Source: Botryllus schlosseri
Lineage: Eukaryota
DNA: 64,000 bases
Assembly: GCA_051294905.1 (NCBI GenBank)
Contig: CM119372.1
Span: 26,042,001-26,106,000 of the forward strand
Reading direction: 5' to 3'
In this document: piece after piece, positions 48,127 through 62,347 of the stretch
Numbering within the stretch: position 1 is the first letter of the stretch
Layout of the letters: each line of letters begins with the position of its first letter
Program-made: the position numbers and the translations under genes
Notes under the pieces: generated by a model
Told to the model about the DNA's origin: nothing
What the model saw: only the letters and a program-made list of their open reading frames with translations
Database searches by the model: none

Positions 48127-51100
48127 TGTTCGCTGCTCATGGATTATCCGGAAGCATGACCAATTTCGTAATACGGTGCGACTTTTAGGGTTACAGGTGA
48201 CTTATCCAGAACGATATTGACGTTTCCGGTATATATGCGACAGCAGCTTAACCGTATAACCGTATTCGCGTTGCTGGCGACATGCAAACATGCAAACAAA
48301 TCATGCAAATAGTAATAATAATAATGGTGACCGAAGGAACTTTTCAAACATGGAAAGAGAGAACAAATAACTCGCCACCATGACGGCCAATACCCTGGCA
48401 ACTATGACACTTATGTGTGTACATACCAGTTTTACTGTGAATAAAGAATATATATAATATATTATGAATTATTATATATGTTTAATAGTTATATAAGCAA
48501 TTAATCATTTTTCGAAGTATAGGGTTATTGAAATTATAAATGTTTTGGTAGGGGTACTGGTGTGTAAGCGGTTAGGAAACACCGGGAAAGGGAATATATG
48601 TTAGAAATTGATGCCTTGAAGGTTTGTGATATTTATTACTTCTGCCCTCATACCTGACTTCCATAAACAAATGATGCATAATTTTTGCATTCCGGTACTC
48701 AGACAAGGCCACTCTGAGCGGCCAACTGCTGTAGCGTATTTTATGCTGGACACCACCTTAACAGACTCCTGTGTCCCAGTGGCCCATGACCTTTCAGAGA
48801 AACACAATTCAAGTTGACAGTAGTATCATCATTAGACTGTATTCGACGTATATCATTCCATGAAAAGTTCTTTTTAGGTAACTTTAATACATGTTCCTAC
48901 TCCTGTGAATCTTCCTATCACTCAGAGTACGGTAATTACGCGAACATATTCACTTCTCTAGCGCTAAGTCTGTGCTCCCAGTCCTGAAGAATATGGAGGA
49001 TTCGAATTCTATATTTTTTTGAATCTGCTGGATTCCGATGAAAAGATGGATTCGTACAAGTATGGAACCACGTAACTGCAAAAGACAGTCTTTGCGATCA
49101 ACTACTCATTGTAGAAACTCTCTTATACGGAGGCAACTTTTCGCAAACGGGTCTATCCATTTCATTAGTCATCACACCGGGAGTACAGTACAAAAATGAC
49201 TCAGATCCAAAACTATTTCCTTTGGAGTACATCGTAAAACTAAATTGTAATTTTGAAAAATTACACTAGAAAGAAACCAGGCATTGTGAGAGAGCAGTAT
49301 CGCGTATTCCAAAATACCACAATGGATTATGAGCGTCTTGGCAGTATATCAGTTTGTGCGCTGTGTCGTTATTGTAGCATTGTAAATTAGATTGTATAAG
49401 TGGTGGCCATGGGTGGGTGTGATTTAAATTCTCCTAGATACCGAACTTATTCACCAAATTAGATCAAGGCAACCAGGGATGACTTTGGGTGACAATGGAT
49501 ATTTTTGAAGAGTACCTCCAAAATGTTGTCCCAGACAGCACGTCGTAGTATTTTATCGAGCGTGCGACTGTTTTCAGAAATACAAGATTCGTATGCGTAA
49601 CTGGAATTCCACGATTCTATATGCGGCTAACGAATTCATTCTGGGAAATCGCTCAATCTCACATTGAAACCTCTAGTGCCTCGCAAAATCGTAATGGTAA
49701 GCATATCTCCTAAAAAAAGAAAACATCAAAGTAAAAGGTTATGCATTCTGGTACGAGAAGCACCTGAATATGCGTTGCAAAGAGAGATCACCTGTTTGCG
49801 TAAACCAAGTCCATCGGTACAGAATAAATTTTCCAATGACTCTGCGCACACACGCCTAGTCTAATCTTAATGTTTTATTGCGAAACCATCGTTCAACTGA
49901 CTATCGTCTCGATTTAACATCTCCGTCTTCTAGAATGTTCTGGGTAGACTTCACTATATAACATCGTAAATAATAGCATGCGTGGATGCATGTGACACTG
50001 AGCATTGCGATGGTGAATTATAGCTTTTAGTAATCCGCTCCACCATTTCATTGAAGAAGTTTACTGATTTGAAACTATATATACCGTTTCTATTATCAAC
50101 AGTGACATTATGTAGTATATTCATCGGAACAATCGGCTAAAAATGACACAGGTTTCCAGCCGGAGGCTACTTTACGTGATGGAACATTCGGTGTAAATTC
50201 TTCACTGTATATAGTGCATTATTTGAGAACACAACCTATTTGTTCAAATAATCCAAATACCCGAGCATTGAAACGTCCGAATGTTTAACTCTATTGATGG
50301 AGAGAAGAGTGTGCCTGCTAGTGTTCATATTTGAATTCGTATATATACAATGACTGTTTAAATCTTTAATACGAATTCACGTTTAACTAAAAGGACTGGA
50401 AAACTCGACCGATACGATATAATTTGAAATTTTCTCAGGACTACAACGCCTATCATACACACGTGCGTGAATCAGATTAGAATAAATCCTCGTTATGCAC
50501 AGATGCCGCAGCAATTAAAAGAGGCATTGCTTCGCGCACGTTAATTGCAAAACTGAATTAAGACCGAATTTCAATTTGAGACTGCTTTTATATTCATAAA
50601 CTGGATATTGCCTCGTATTTTTGCAAGATATAAAACCGATTCAGGATTTTGATTTAGCCTTTGAGCCCATATGGCATATTATAAATTTCCTCATCTCTCA
50701 TACTATGACCAATGGCCATGTTCCTACAACATATATACTACCAGTTCACACAGCTACAACAAAGCAAGGAATTAGCACTCTGACCCCGTGTGTTAAGTCT
50801 GATTTTCCTCATTTACCTCCTGCAGTTTTTAGTAACCACTTGCACCCTCAAAATCGTAAAGGGCACTTTCACCGACATTAAAACTTGAATAAATTAGTAA
50901 TTTAGATTCCGGATATTGGTATGAACGGAAGCCTTAGGAAGATGAATTCTGGTATCGTCCTTGCAGATTCTTCATGGAAGGCAACATTCCCACCATTCTT
51001 GTCCCCCCTCCAATATATCCGTGAGGTTACAGATCTTGTTAGCCGGATTCTGCATTCCTGTTTTACTACCGCGTGTTTATCGCCTGCGTCAATTGTTCGC

Positions 51101-51162
51101 GTGAAGATATTGAACTGTCTTTAGAATGCGGTATCCAATCCTACTATATATTAGCCTACTTA

Positions 51163-52143
51163 TTAGGGATGGTCTGAACGCGAGGATCACGTTCGCGTTT
51201 TGTGTATGAACCTCACCACTTTAGAGGTTCATTTTCACAAACGAAGCTTTTTCATATATTACATTTTTTCAAGTGATTTTAATATCTTTGGTGAAAATTC
51301 TTTTCATTTCAACTTCGGACCACTCACTCTATGCATGGAGCTGGTAGCATAAAATAATCAACACCCAACCATTATGCACCTTGCCAATCTCAAAAACATT
51401 ACTTGCTTTGTTACAATAGTTTGCTCGAAATAATCAGCTTTCCGTTTGAGAATATTTAGTGACTTTCTGCAGTGAGCTTGACCCGCAATCACACAACATC
51501 AAGAACGAAATATACTACATGTAGGTAGTCAGCGAATGATGCTTATTCAGCCAATCAAAGAAATTGATGTGAAGTATACATCGTTGTGTAATGTAAAAAA
51601 TGTAGCAGGCGTATGGGATCCATCTTGATTTGATATGTTTGTTGTAGCATAAAAACGAAATCCACGCGATTGCGGTGCTGGCTACTGTATATTTTGTTTA
51701 TGGGATAATATCAGTAGCAAGTATAGAAACCCGATTTATAATCCACTCAATATCGATGTAGCAATACTCAGATGCATTAGAAAAACATCGCCCAGTCTGG
51801 CCTATATACCGTTCTGGTGTAAGTTTATATTCCCTGGCAAGTCATCGTCGAAATTGTTGGCAAATCCACAGAATATATTGATTTCATGGGATTAATATAT
51901 CATTTGATTGTACAAAATGATAGATTTGGTGACGTTTAAAAAGTCATCATGTACTTCAGCACGTGGCCTAAGTCGTCGCTAGGTAGCCTATCTTGCATAT
52001 CACTTCACTGAAATGTATACGGTTGGAATTAGCAATGTGACGTCACGTAACGCCGCAGGTTCACGTTCGCCTTCACACAGAATCTTCCAAAAATGTTCGC
52101 GTTCACATGACCTTGAACCTTCCAGAGGTTCGCACCATCTTTA
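51163..52143. mobile_element. M1 MITE (inverted orientation, diverged)
   Basis: TAGGGATGGTCTGAACG...GTTCGCACCATC; aligns to the reverse complement of 6092-7022. Confidence 0.75.
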
Positions 52144-53279
52144 TTATCTATCCATGTGCATTCGGTGACCATAAGTGCATCTCACTCGAGCATCAGGTCT
52201 ACTACAGTTTCGTCTTGGTGTTTCGCTTCAGGATTTTCTCGCGGTATTACAGATAGTCCGATAGTGGTGTGTGATTGCGCTTGTGCTGCCACAATGAATC
52301 CTTCTACTGTCTGATTCCTTTGCCTGAGTCTGAACCTAAATCGGTTTCAAATAATTTTTCGTATACATGGCTGTGAAGGCTTTCGATCGATCCTTTTTGT
52401 ACATCGAGGTACATAATACCATTAAAATATCCGTTACATCTGCCCCTAGAATTGGATTGATACCTATCGGCTATTGAAGGAGCAGAGTATGCTTTTCTAT
52501 TGTCGCGGAATTAATACTGTATTTACAGTATAACTATTTTATGTGATATGCGTATGAAATCGTAAGTAGCAAACTATCACATATACAAACGATACACCAA
52601 TAAATCAATTTATTGAAACAAAACTATAATTGACCAAATAAGAGTTTACGGGATGACAGTAGACATATTCACGTTGTGTGAGGCTGTGTTGGTTACAAAT
52701 CCACGCGACCACATGCATCTGTGATATGCGCTTTTTAAGATCGAAAAAGCAGTTATAGTTAAGTTAGCTATACCGGAACAACGCAAATGTAAACCAAAGT
52801 GCGGGCATGAGTATTGAGTGAGTATGAGAGCGAGTAGAAATATCATCATCAGAGGTAGTCCTAAACTTCTTGATAAGAAAACTGAGTGGTTATAAATTAC
52901 TTATATGTAGCAGTGTAGAAGTAGTCTGTAAACATGACAACCTATAAAGCTACAGGTTGCAAATCCCTTAACAATGCGGACTAAATGACATTTTAAGATT
53001 CCTAGCAATGATTGCTATGTGATTCTATCATATTATACACAGATTGCCATGCCATCATATCCATCTCGCATATGGAAATGAAGCCGTACTATTCATTTAA
53101 TTACCGGCTACTTCACAAAATTCGGAATGTGTGATATCAGCATTCGAGTTTAATTAAGTATCGTGCAATCGATCAATACCTGAGTACTGATGAAAATAGG
53201 AACTGCATGAATGATCACGGTATTACTCTCACAAAAAGACATTGGAGCGCATACCAAGAAAATGGACTCGTTGCATAAA

Positions 53280-54290
53280 CTATAGCGATGCAGGTGCATC
53301 TTTTTGAGAGGGTGAAGTCGCGGTAGCTGACACCAGATTACCTTGATCTTCAGACGAAATTCGTCTGCAACACAACAACGCGCGAAATCTACTGAGACGA
53401 GATTCGTGAATTTCGTAACCGGCGCCATCGTCAGACTGACCAGCTTCAACCGCACGTTTTGACTTCACGCAAACTATGACGACATAGGCACTAAATAGTA
53501 GAAATATCATGCCCACGACAGCGGTCACCACTATCAATGCGATGGATAGTTGCTTTGTATCGAGCGTGGGGTCGCACTTCAGTGTCGCAATGGCGTCCAG
53601 AATCATTTTATGCTGCAACGCCCTCGGATAGTTACATTCCCAATTGTCTATTCCTACCGCAATTCCCTTATGCTCAACAATCCAATTAGTGAAAGGAACA
53701 AGTTCGCAATCGCACAAAAAAGGGTTGAGTGATAAGTCTAGTTTCAGAACGGTTGTATTTGATAAGACATCACGGCTAACGGTACGCATTTGGTTCGACT
53801 GCAAATCCAGACTTCGCAATTTCGGTAGTAACATGTCTAGTCGTGTGGAAATGTTCAAAATTTTGTTTGATGAAAGTACAAGATTTTTCAAATTCGGTAT
53901 TATGATATCGACGAAGTTTTTAATTTGATTTTGATCTAAATTTAGGGTTTCCAGTGCTTCACTGTGTCTGAATATAGTAAAGTCAAAATTCGTAATCAAA
54001 CAATTCGACAAATCTGCGGATTTCAATCGCCGTAAACCTCTTACATTTGTCGGTGGAATAACAACCAATGGATTATGATTCGCAACGAGGTGTTCTAATG
54101 ATTCGGTAGAAATGCGAGGGAAATGTGTAAGGTTATTACTCGATATGTCAAGATATAGAAGACTCGGTAAATCAAAGGGATGCACGAAAATAATGTTGTT
54201 ATTGCTGAGAACTAATTTTCTTAGTCGGTTCATATTTGCAAACGTCCCGAGATATAGAATTTCCAGGTGGTTGTCGTCCAAGTCGAGGAT
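53280..54290 (-). CDS. Last exon of LRR transmembrane protein: LRRs, LRR-CT, TM helix, short tail
   Basis: LxxLxLxxN repeats; NPFLCDC...WECNYP...LKC; hydrophobic LSIALIVVTAVVGMIFLLFSAYVVIVCV; cctttgcag acceptor, phase 0. Confidence 0.9.
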   Translation of the reverse strand: MLDLDDNHLEILYLGTFANMNRLRKLVLSNNNIIFVHPFDLPSLLYLDISSNNLTHFPRISTESLEHLVANHNPLVVIPPTNVRGLRRLKSADLSNCLITNFDFTIFRHSEALETLNLDQNQIKNFVDIIIPNLKNLVLSSNKILNISTRLDMLLPKLRSLDLQSNQMRTVSRDVLSNTTVLKLDLSLNPFLCDCELVPFTNWIVEHKGIAVGIDNWECNYPRALQHKMILDAIATLKCDPTLDTKQLSIALIVVTAVVGMIFLLFSAYVVIVCVKSKRAVEAGQSDDGAGYEIHESRLSRFRALLCCRRISSEDQGNLVSATATSPSQKDAPASL

Positions 54291-54684
54291 CTGCAAAGGA
54301 AAGAGATAGGAATCATAAAGTTCTGAACGCAACACTATCGTCCAATTTTGTGCCGCGATGGAACATCTCAATATATATACAATACATGAATGATGGGGCA
54401 TCATTCCGATTGAAAAGCGTTATGGGCATGACTTGTTTTATATTTTGAAGCGTTTCGCCTGTATTATTTGCTAACCAGCTTTGTAATTGTATCCCTCCGC
54501 ACAACATTAAAGTCACTCACTTTCCTTTGGATGCCCAGGAGCAGGAGGAAGGGGGCAGAAATAAAATACCGGTATTACGGTATATCATATTTGACCTGAC
54601 GGAGAGAGTAGGTATATTGGCATCACATATCCTGGGGTGGTTCAACACTGAGAGCTTTGGAAGCCAAGAGTTTAGAGTTTAGAC

Positions 54685-55597
54685 CAGGAGTGTTAAACAT
54701 ACGGCCCGCGGCCCGCATCCGTCTCGCCGGACGATTTCATCCGTCCGCGAAGCAATTCTGAGTAGATTGAAAACAGTGTCTATTATCCAGCAAATTTCTA
54801 ACAAATGTGGGTCGTTTTAGTAAGGAATATTCCCCTTAAATAATCTCTCGAGGCATCAGTTGTACGGTATATTCAAATGCCACATTTTAACCAACCGACA
54901 GCGGTGTTGTGGTTTCACACTACTCACCATTAGGAACAATAGCTGACATTACCACTAATTCCGAGAAGGCATAAAGTACATACAGATTTCAGTGTTTTAT
55001 GGAGAAAAAAATTGGCCAATAACCAAAATGTAGTTATTCAGAGAAGTGAATTAGCAATTGCGAAACCGTTATTTACAGGTTACATGGAGGATATAATAGT
55101 TACGCAGAAATATAATTCAAATATATGTAATGGCACTGCTACATCACTTCTGACTCAAAAGATCCAGGGCCTCGACAGAAACCCTTATCGCGATTTAATA
55201 ATAATGAAGTTGATATAAACGAGCCTGTTTACAGTTAAATCTGTTATGATCAAAATGCATACGCAGGGTTGACGCCAGTATACGACTAAAACATATGGAG
55301 CATAGAAATGTGCCACCTTATATCGTCGCTAAATCCACTATTTCAGCGCTTCATAACTGTCACCTGCCAATCATCGTATTATTGCCGATTCCATTGTTTG
55401 CGAATAGAGATGTTGCAGGAATAAAACGCCTAATATCCGTTATAAAGTGTAACATACAATTTTGTATGGTGATAATAAGATATTCAATTTGACAACAAGG
55501 GCATGGATTATGAGGTGATATTTCGGAATCACTTGATTGCTGCTGGCCGTGAAGGTTTGAATCCGGCCCGCGACGCAAGTGGAGTTTGACACGCCCG
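54685..55597. mobile_element. hAT MITE in an LRR gene intron
   Basis: TSD GTTTAGAC on both sides; CGGCCCGCG subterminal motifs. Confidence 0.75.
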
Positions 55598-56377
55598 GTT
55601 TAGACTTTCAATCGACTAACTTTCATCAGCATTTTATATTCGTGATATGTATATCACGACAGATGAACCACATATATGCCGCATCCGTGACTTTGTCCCA
55701 CCACACAAATCCCGTCTCTCACTGATGGCTCGGTACGTTTTTGACCTTTCTTCAAAACTTAGCGCGAAATTACCAATCCGGTCATGACCACACCTGTTCG
55801 CATATAGTTCAGGATATGTTCTTCGATCGAGCACCATAAGAATCGAACCAATGTATTGACTGGTTGGCCGGCAAGAAAGTGGACGAACCAAGTTAACAGT
55901 TAACTTATTATTTCATAGATTACTTTCCTTCCGATAGTAATTTCTATCGCTGAGATGATGTGTCTTCAAGAGTAAGAATTTTGTCAATATGAGTTGCAAA
56001 TATTTGAATAATATGTAGAAACAAACGACTTGATAAGTAAAGACTAAGTGAGTAATAGTATAGTAAGTAAGTGAGTAAGAGTATTGTAAGTAAAAGTAAA
56101 TGTGCCTAGTTTTAAACGGAGCAGGAGATAGGTGCGGCTAATTCGGAAATATACATTATGATATTGTGGAATATGGTAAACCGAATTGATTATTATTATC
56201 GCGCCCACGATGATAATAAAATTCAGTATTCAGAATTCAGAATTCAGAACAGAAATGATGCTACTATTCAAATATTTAGAGTGCTAATGGAGTAAATATG
56301 ATTGGGCACCTGACAAGAAATAGACCCTTCCGTCATGCAGTATGTTTCCGCAATACTACAAGTCTCGTATGATTTAC

Positions 56378-56962
56378 CTCCAACTTTTCCATGTGATTTA
56401 GTGAAGTTGGTTCAATAATCTCGATGGCATTCGAGTTCAGCTTGAGACTCATCAAATTCGCGAGTCCGGCAAACGTCTTTTGATGAATAAGAGTTAGCAG
56501 ATTCACTTGAAGATCCAGAGCTTTCAAACTATTCAGAGTTACAAACGCGTCCTCTTCGATACTGGCCAAAATATTGCGAGACAGATCCAAAGTAGTCAGG
56601 TGACGTACGTCGATGTCAATCTCTATGTACACAGTATTTCTGGTCAGTGCTTGAATTTTATTGTCGTTGAGACGCAATTCCTCCAGCATCGTAAGATTGC
56701 TGAATGCGAAGTCCTCGATTTCCACGATATCACCGTACGCCAGCGACAGGAAGATCACGTCTCGAAGGTTCTGCAGTTGTTTTCGTGTAACATTGATAAC
56801 TTTTGAATCGGTCATGTCCAACCACTTCAAGTTGTTAGGAAATGTGGGCATTTTGCTGAGCTGATTGTGCGATAAATCGAACGTTGATATATTCACAAGA
56901 CAGTCCAGTGCGTCCACTGATATTGTATCCAGTTTTGCGTTGGACAAATTCAAACTTTGTAT
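56378..56962 (-). CDS. LRR gene exon (about 8 LRRs)
   Basis: IQSLNLSNAKL...MEKLE; cacag / gtaaat; 585 nt, phase 0-0. Confidence 0.9.
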
Positions 56963-58573
56963 CTGTGATGTAAATTTCAATTGGTAATATTAGAAACGGC
57001 CACGATAGGAATGGTTACATTAGTCACGACATTTCCCTATTTAGGGATATTAGAGTTCACATACATAACTTGTGGCCTAAATATATTACTTAAAAGTTTT
57101 AAACGAAACTGCCATAGCATTAACGTAGAATGATTTAAAAACTATAAAGCGAAAATGCAAGTACGTTGATTTCAATTTGTTCACAATTATCCAAATATCG
57201 TGGGGAGTAAAACCCAATAACCGATGTTTTGTAGCTACTAATTACCAGAAATACTCATGTCGGAAATGATTACGATCGCTATGTTGAAACCGACGAAAAC
57301 TCTCTCCCTATCTCACATACAGACAAATACCGGTACACACTCACAAACACAGAGTCAGTCAAAACATTGCACTTAAAAAATTTTGACTATCACCAATATC
57401 ATAAAATCCACGGCTTCTCACAAACTCAATGTAGGTCTTGATCCCAAATGGAGTCGCGAAGAAATGTTTTCGGGAGTCACGAAACTTTATCTGTCACTAA
57501 ACCATCGATGCAATCTACAGCTTTTGTTCAATCAGTTGACCAATACGTTTGTTGCGAATTGTTTTCCAGGCCGGTCAAGTGATCGTCAAGCTCAAGTCAA
57601 GTACAAATGATATGGTCATTACATCAATCTCTACCAAGCCATTAACCTAGTAAAACAAACAAACAAAACTCGCTCCTCTCGGCCTTCTGCGTTCGAGAGT
57701 CAATATCGTATATGCCAGGCTCATACGATTACGCATAGTTCGGTTGGGAATTGGGTATTGGGCTATATTGCGACTGGTGAGAATATCGCGTGTTTTAGGA
57801 TTCCTCTTGTGCCGTCATAAAGCATATATTATGTTCCACTATACCTGTCATCAGTGAATCTAAAGAAATCCAAGAAGTGTTCATTGGCATGAATAACGAT
57901 GGTGGGGCAGGGCAAGACTTCTACAGGGACAATTGTGCTGCAGTGACTTTTAAATAGAAATGGGACAGTCCTGTCACAATGTTTCCAAATTTCATCGTCC
58001 CTTTTCTAGAACTTTTCTAGCTTTTCCTCACTACTCGATTTGAAAAAGAATAATAATCCAAACCGATTGGATATATAGTATGCGGCGTGAGAGTTTCTCT
58101 ATGTATAAGCAAACCAAGAATTGGTGGCTTAATTTTGTCAATGACTTAATTTGGTTGTAATGATACTATGATGCCATTTTACAATATTTTGCATGCGTCG
58201 TTGCTACCAATGGAATATAACCACGAGTTATTTCATATTTGTAATACGTCGAGTCCGAGTCAAGTACATATATTTTAGGGTAGTGATTCTGGTCAAGGCA
58301 CTTGAAAAATGTGACTCGAGTCATCCTAACATTGCTTACAATACTGTTGGCTTTTGTGATGACTAAATTGTGAATATATCCGCCTAGTATACTATATAAT
58401 CCCCTGGAATGCAGATAAAGTTTACATAAGTGATAAATACACTGAGACTGAAACAATGTTATTTACTTCCTGTGGCAATTGTAGACAGTGTGTACGGGAA
58501 AATGTCATGAAATTTGAAAGGGTGCGAGTGCTTAAAAGGTTAGAACTTATGTTTTGGATTGCTGATTACCCAC

Positions 58574-58779
58574 CGACAGAGAATCATTGAAAATACCGTC
58601 GGCTACGGAACCGATATCGGTATAATCCAATCGCAAGTCCAGTAACGACGGCGGGAAATGGTGTTCTTTGGGATTCAAAACCATACGACTGTTGCTTGAC
58701 AAATCCAGATGCTTCAAATATGGGTTGAACCAAATCTGTAAATCTGACGATGATGTTGAAGAATTGCCACTCGCTATGC
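58574..58779 (-). CDS. LRR gene exon
   Basis: LKHLDLSSN, LLDLRLDYT; tttcag acceptor (an in-frame alternative lies 18 nt upstream); gtgggt donor; phase 1-0. Confidence 0.75.
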
Positions 58780-59984
58780 CTGAAATTTGATGACAATCTT
58801 TCAAGAGAATTTACGGAAAGTATATCAAAATCTTACGGAAGGAGGAAAGGGTGATTCATATAGGTCAGGGCTCACAAACTTAAATGTGCTCGCAGGCCCA
58901 TTTCCTAGTTTCTGAAGACGCCGCGGGTCGCATCATCGCTAATAGCGGTATTCAATGTATAGTTTCCAACTAAACTTTATTTGACGGGACCTTGCAGACT
59001 AGAATCACACAAACGTCCTGAAAATGTAATTTACTATTGTACTAATCACATTTTCAAATAATTTTGTATATTTTTTTTCTGGGCATAATTTGTCAAAAAA
59101 ATATTGAGTAATAGACACCATGCGAGAGGACACATACACCATGACTTCGTAAAGGCAGTCACATTGTAATATTGCAGCTACTGGACATTTTAAGTACCAA
59201 CATTATAGGTAAAATATTTGGAAATCTTCAAAAGATTAATCTGATATCAAAGCATCTGAACGGTGTTTCCTGGTTTTTGGTATAGTCCTAATAAGTAGGC
59301 TGTTGTTCATGTCAGTGCCAAAGTCAAATTAAATGAGAGTTATATTTTCTTTCGGTTATCGGAGCAGATCAATAACAAATTAATTATAATAATTATTGTA
59401 CCACAGTACCATAGTGATAGCAGTGTTTCTTAACCTTTCTGGCGATCGTATACCCCTCGAGTCATGTTACGAACGGTCGCACCAAATTACAATTCTCAGT
59501 CACGAATCATCGACGGATCATGTTTTATCATAATGAACTAGAAATGTGACATAAAAGCTGGTCTTCCACCGCTTGGTAATCTTTGAAAGTGATGGGAGGG
59601 TGAACTTTGATGACATTTCAGATTTTGGAGTAGTTTTAGAGTGAACTTCAAGTTTTCAAAAGATATGCAGCAGTTGAATATATTGTCGAATACTCAAAAA
59701 TCCAAAATTCTGACACGAATTCTGGTGTTTCATAAAAACGTTTACATTGTGGAACCTACTGATGTTGTCTTGTGAACCCGTAGGCTACCAGAACAGAACG
59801 CTCGCATTGGATTGAAAGTCAGCCATCCGGAAATACCATCTGTAATTTCTATACTTGATTATTACTACATATATTTATTTTCAAATAGGTTCTATTTCCA
59901 ACCGATTGTGGGATTATTACCAGGGATGTTGCTAAATAATGAAATAATCTTCCCATAGCAGGGACGAATTGAATATACGCTTAC

Positions 59985-60215
59985 TTCCATAAGTATCCGC
60001 ATTTCCCATCATTAAAGGAGGTTCCCGGAGGTAGCAGTTGTTCATCGACAGTGATTTCAAGTTAGTCAGCTTCGAGAAACTGTCACGAGACAGATGCCTG
60101 CAGAATACCCGCGAGAGGTCCAGAAGTTCCAACGATCCCATTCCATCGAAAAACCTGTCTTCGAACGAAACCGAGGAGCCGGCGGCATTGTCGCTCAAGA
60201 CGAGAGAGCTTAAAT
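59985..60215 (-). CDS. LRR gene exon
   Basis: LSSLVLSDN, LELLDLS, LKSLSMNN; ttgcag / gtaagc; 231 nt, phase 1-1. Confidence 0.8.
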
Positions 60216-60574
60216 CTGCAATGGGTCAAGATTTATTCAGAATTCACATGCCGTTGTTTGATATCGAATTCAGGAAACTGTCTTGCAGGCTTTCGTGACA
60301 TCTATTATAGGGAATATACCCGCCGAGTCTACTATATATTCCCCTGGAATGCAGATAAAGCTCAACCTGTATATTTTGTTGCCTTTAAGGGCGCCCCACT
60401 TAAGCTTTAGCCCACCGTAGCTTTGGGGGTGTGTAAGGACAGCACTGGTGAAGATTTGAGGTGTCGAGGAGGAGACCAAAATTAGTTGAGACGTTAGCTT
60501 CTCGGTGGCATACGACCATATGTCCATGAATTTGGAGATGACAAAATATAATTCAAATAATCTTGAACACCTAC

Positions 60575-60661
60575 TTTTCAAGTGGTCGAACGAAGATTTC
60601 CTAAACCTCAAGATGCCATTGCAACGCAAGTCCAGAGTAACCAATGAGGGAGGCAAGTGTA
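60575..60661 (-). CDS. LRR gene exon (single LRR)
   Basis: HLPPSLVTLDLRCNGILRFRKSSFDHLK; tttcag / gtaggt; 87 nt, phase 1-1. Confidence 0.75.
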
Positions 60662-60753
60662 CTGAAATTTAGAAATGCGACGTCAATATTAAACCATGGT
60701 TAAAGATTAGGAATGTAGCGCAGTCGCAAATGTACACAAAACATTACACACAC

Positions 60754-60939
60754 GCCATTCTCCAGAACCCACTAGCATTGACATGAGACTGTTTGGTAAT
60801 ATTTCAGGACAGCTGACAGTAGAGATGAAAGTGTGGTGAGCTGACAGGGTTTCAAGAAACGATGTAAATTGCAGACCATTTTCAACCGAGATGGGTGTTT
60901 GGGTCAGGGCATCCCAAAGCGGGAATGGCGGAGAGTAGG
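60754..60939 (-). CDS. Probable LRR gene exon; upstream exons unresolved
   Basis: FLETLSAHHTFISTV..ILPNSL; candidate tgtag acceptor and gtgtgt donor keep the frame (186 nt). Confidence 0.5.
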
Positions 60940-61777
60940 CTACATCAAGTTGACACATACAAACATTTCACTCCGAAACTGAGGAAAGTTCAATGTTCAT
61001 ACTTCACGTATACGTTGGTCAGAAATAAAACATGTAATTTGATTTCACACATCGGTCACAGATCTTATTTCTGAAAAATGGTGGTATTCCCGATAATTAA
61101 AATTATAATCTGTCGTAATGTTGTTGGTCGCAGTTATCTCCCATCTTCAATTCATTACTGCACATGCACAGTGCACACTGCGCAGTGACATGGCGGTGAA
61201 ATGAGATAATATTCGTGAAGAGGCAACGACAGCACGCGATGTGGATATCCGAGTCGAGTAGTCACCGGCTTGGTAGTCTTGCATCAATATTTCGCAACAA
61301 ATAAACAAAAACTTCAATATTTTGCAATAGAGAACAAATGTGTGTGATGTGATGTGATGTGAGCCTACCCAGCCGATTTTGATTGGTGAATCTTCACGGT
61401 GGAGTTACCGATGAATGAAATGTTGAGTTATATTTTTATTTCCCAAACCATTTCTGGTGCTTGAAATTCGAAAACTTTTGTTGAAAAGCTGCTTCCAGCG
61501 TCTATATACATACGTATAGTCGACAATCTTGTTAAGCCTACTATGAAGAAAGGCAATATATATACTAGGGGTATGACTTGAAAAAAAACAAGATTTTGTG
61601 TTTCCTGTAATCACAAATGATGAACTTTTGTCGCCTGATTTGAAAATTCACAAAAGTGAAGATTGTTTAAACAAAAACCTCCCGCACATAAATTTTCCAG
61701 TTTTCACTGTATGAAGGATATGCTTTCTTTTGTAGATACAGACTATGTAATATATATAACGACTGATTGAAATTTAC

Positions 61778-62347
61778 CAGGGTTGCAATGACTCGAGTCA
61801 TGACTCGACTCGAGTCCGACTCGAGTCACGATTTTCTGATGAATTGACTTGACTCGAGTCATTTTTTCAAAATACGGAAATGACTCGACTCGACTCGAGT
61901 CAATCTGTGTATTGACTCGACTTGGACTCGAGTCATTGCGCAGGACTCGAACCAAGTCATTGACACGAGTCTCAGACGGCCAAGACCGACATTTCATTGT
62001 AATTCCAGAGCCAACACACTATTGGGATTTCGTCTGTTCGTACTGGTACTTGAAAATGCGACCAGAAACTGCTAAGAGTGAGGAAAATTGGTATATTTTA
62101 AATGCGAACCATTCGATATCACCAAACAGAGTTATAAAAAGTAGGTTTACCAAGATTTTAACTGGAAACTGAACAGTGAACACAGTGACTTGGACTCGGA
62201 CTCGAGTCATCATTCCATGACTCGGACTCGACCCTTTGCTCGCTGACTTGGACTCGGACTTGACTCGGTGGTGAATTGAAATGACTCGACTTGACTCGAG
62301 TCAAAACTATAAAAGTGAGATTGACTTGTGACTTGGTTGCAACCCTG
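61778..62347. mobile_element. hAT MITE with GACTCGAGTC repeats
   Basis: CAGGGTTGCAA / TTGCAACCCTG; TSD AAATTTAC. Confidence 0.85.

Noticed and set aside
57383..57646. LRR-looking segment in the LRR gene intron
   Set aside because: All minus-strand frames contain stops, the plus ORF is on the wrong strand, and the flanking exons already join in phase. At most a decayed exon.
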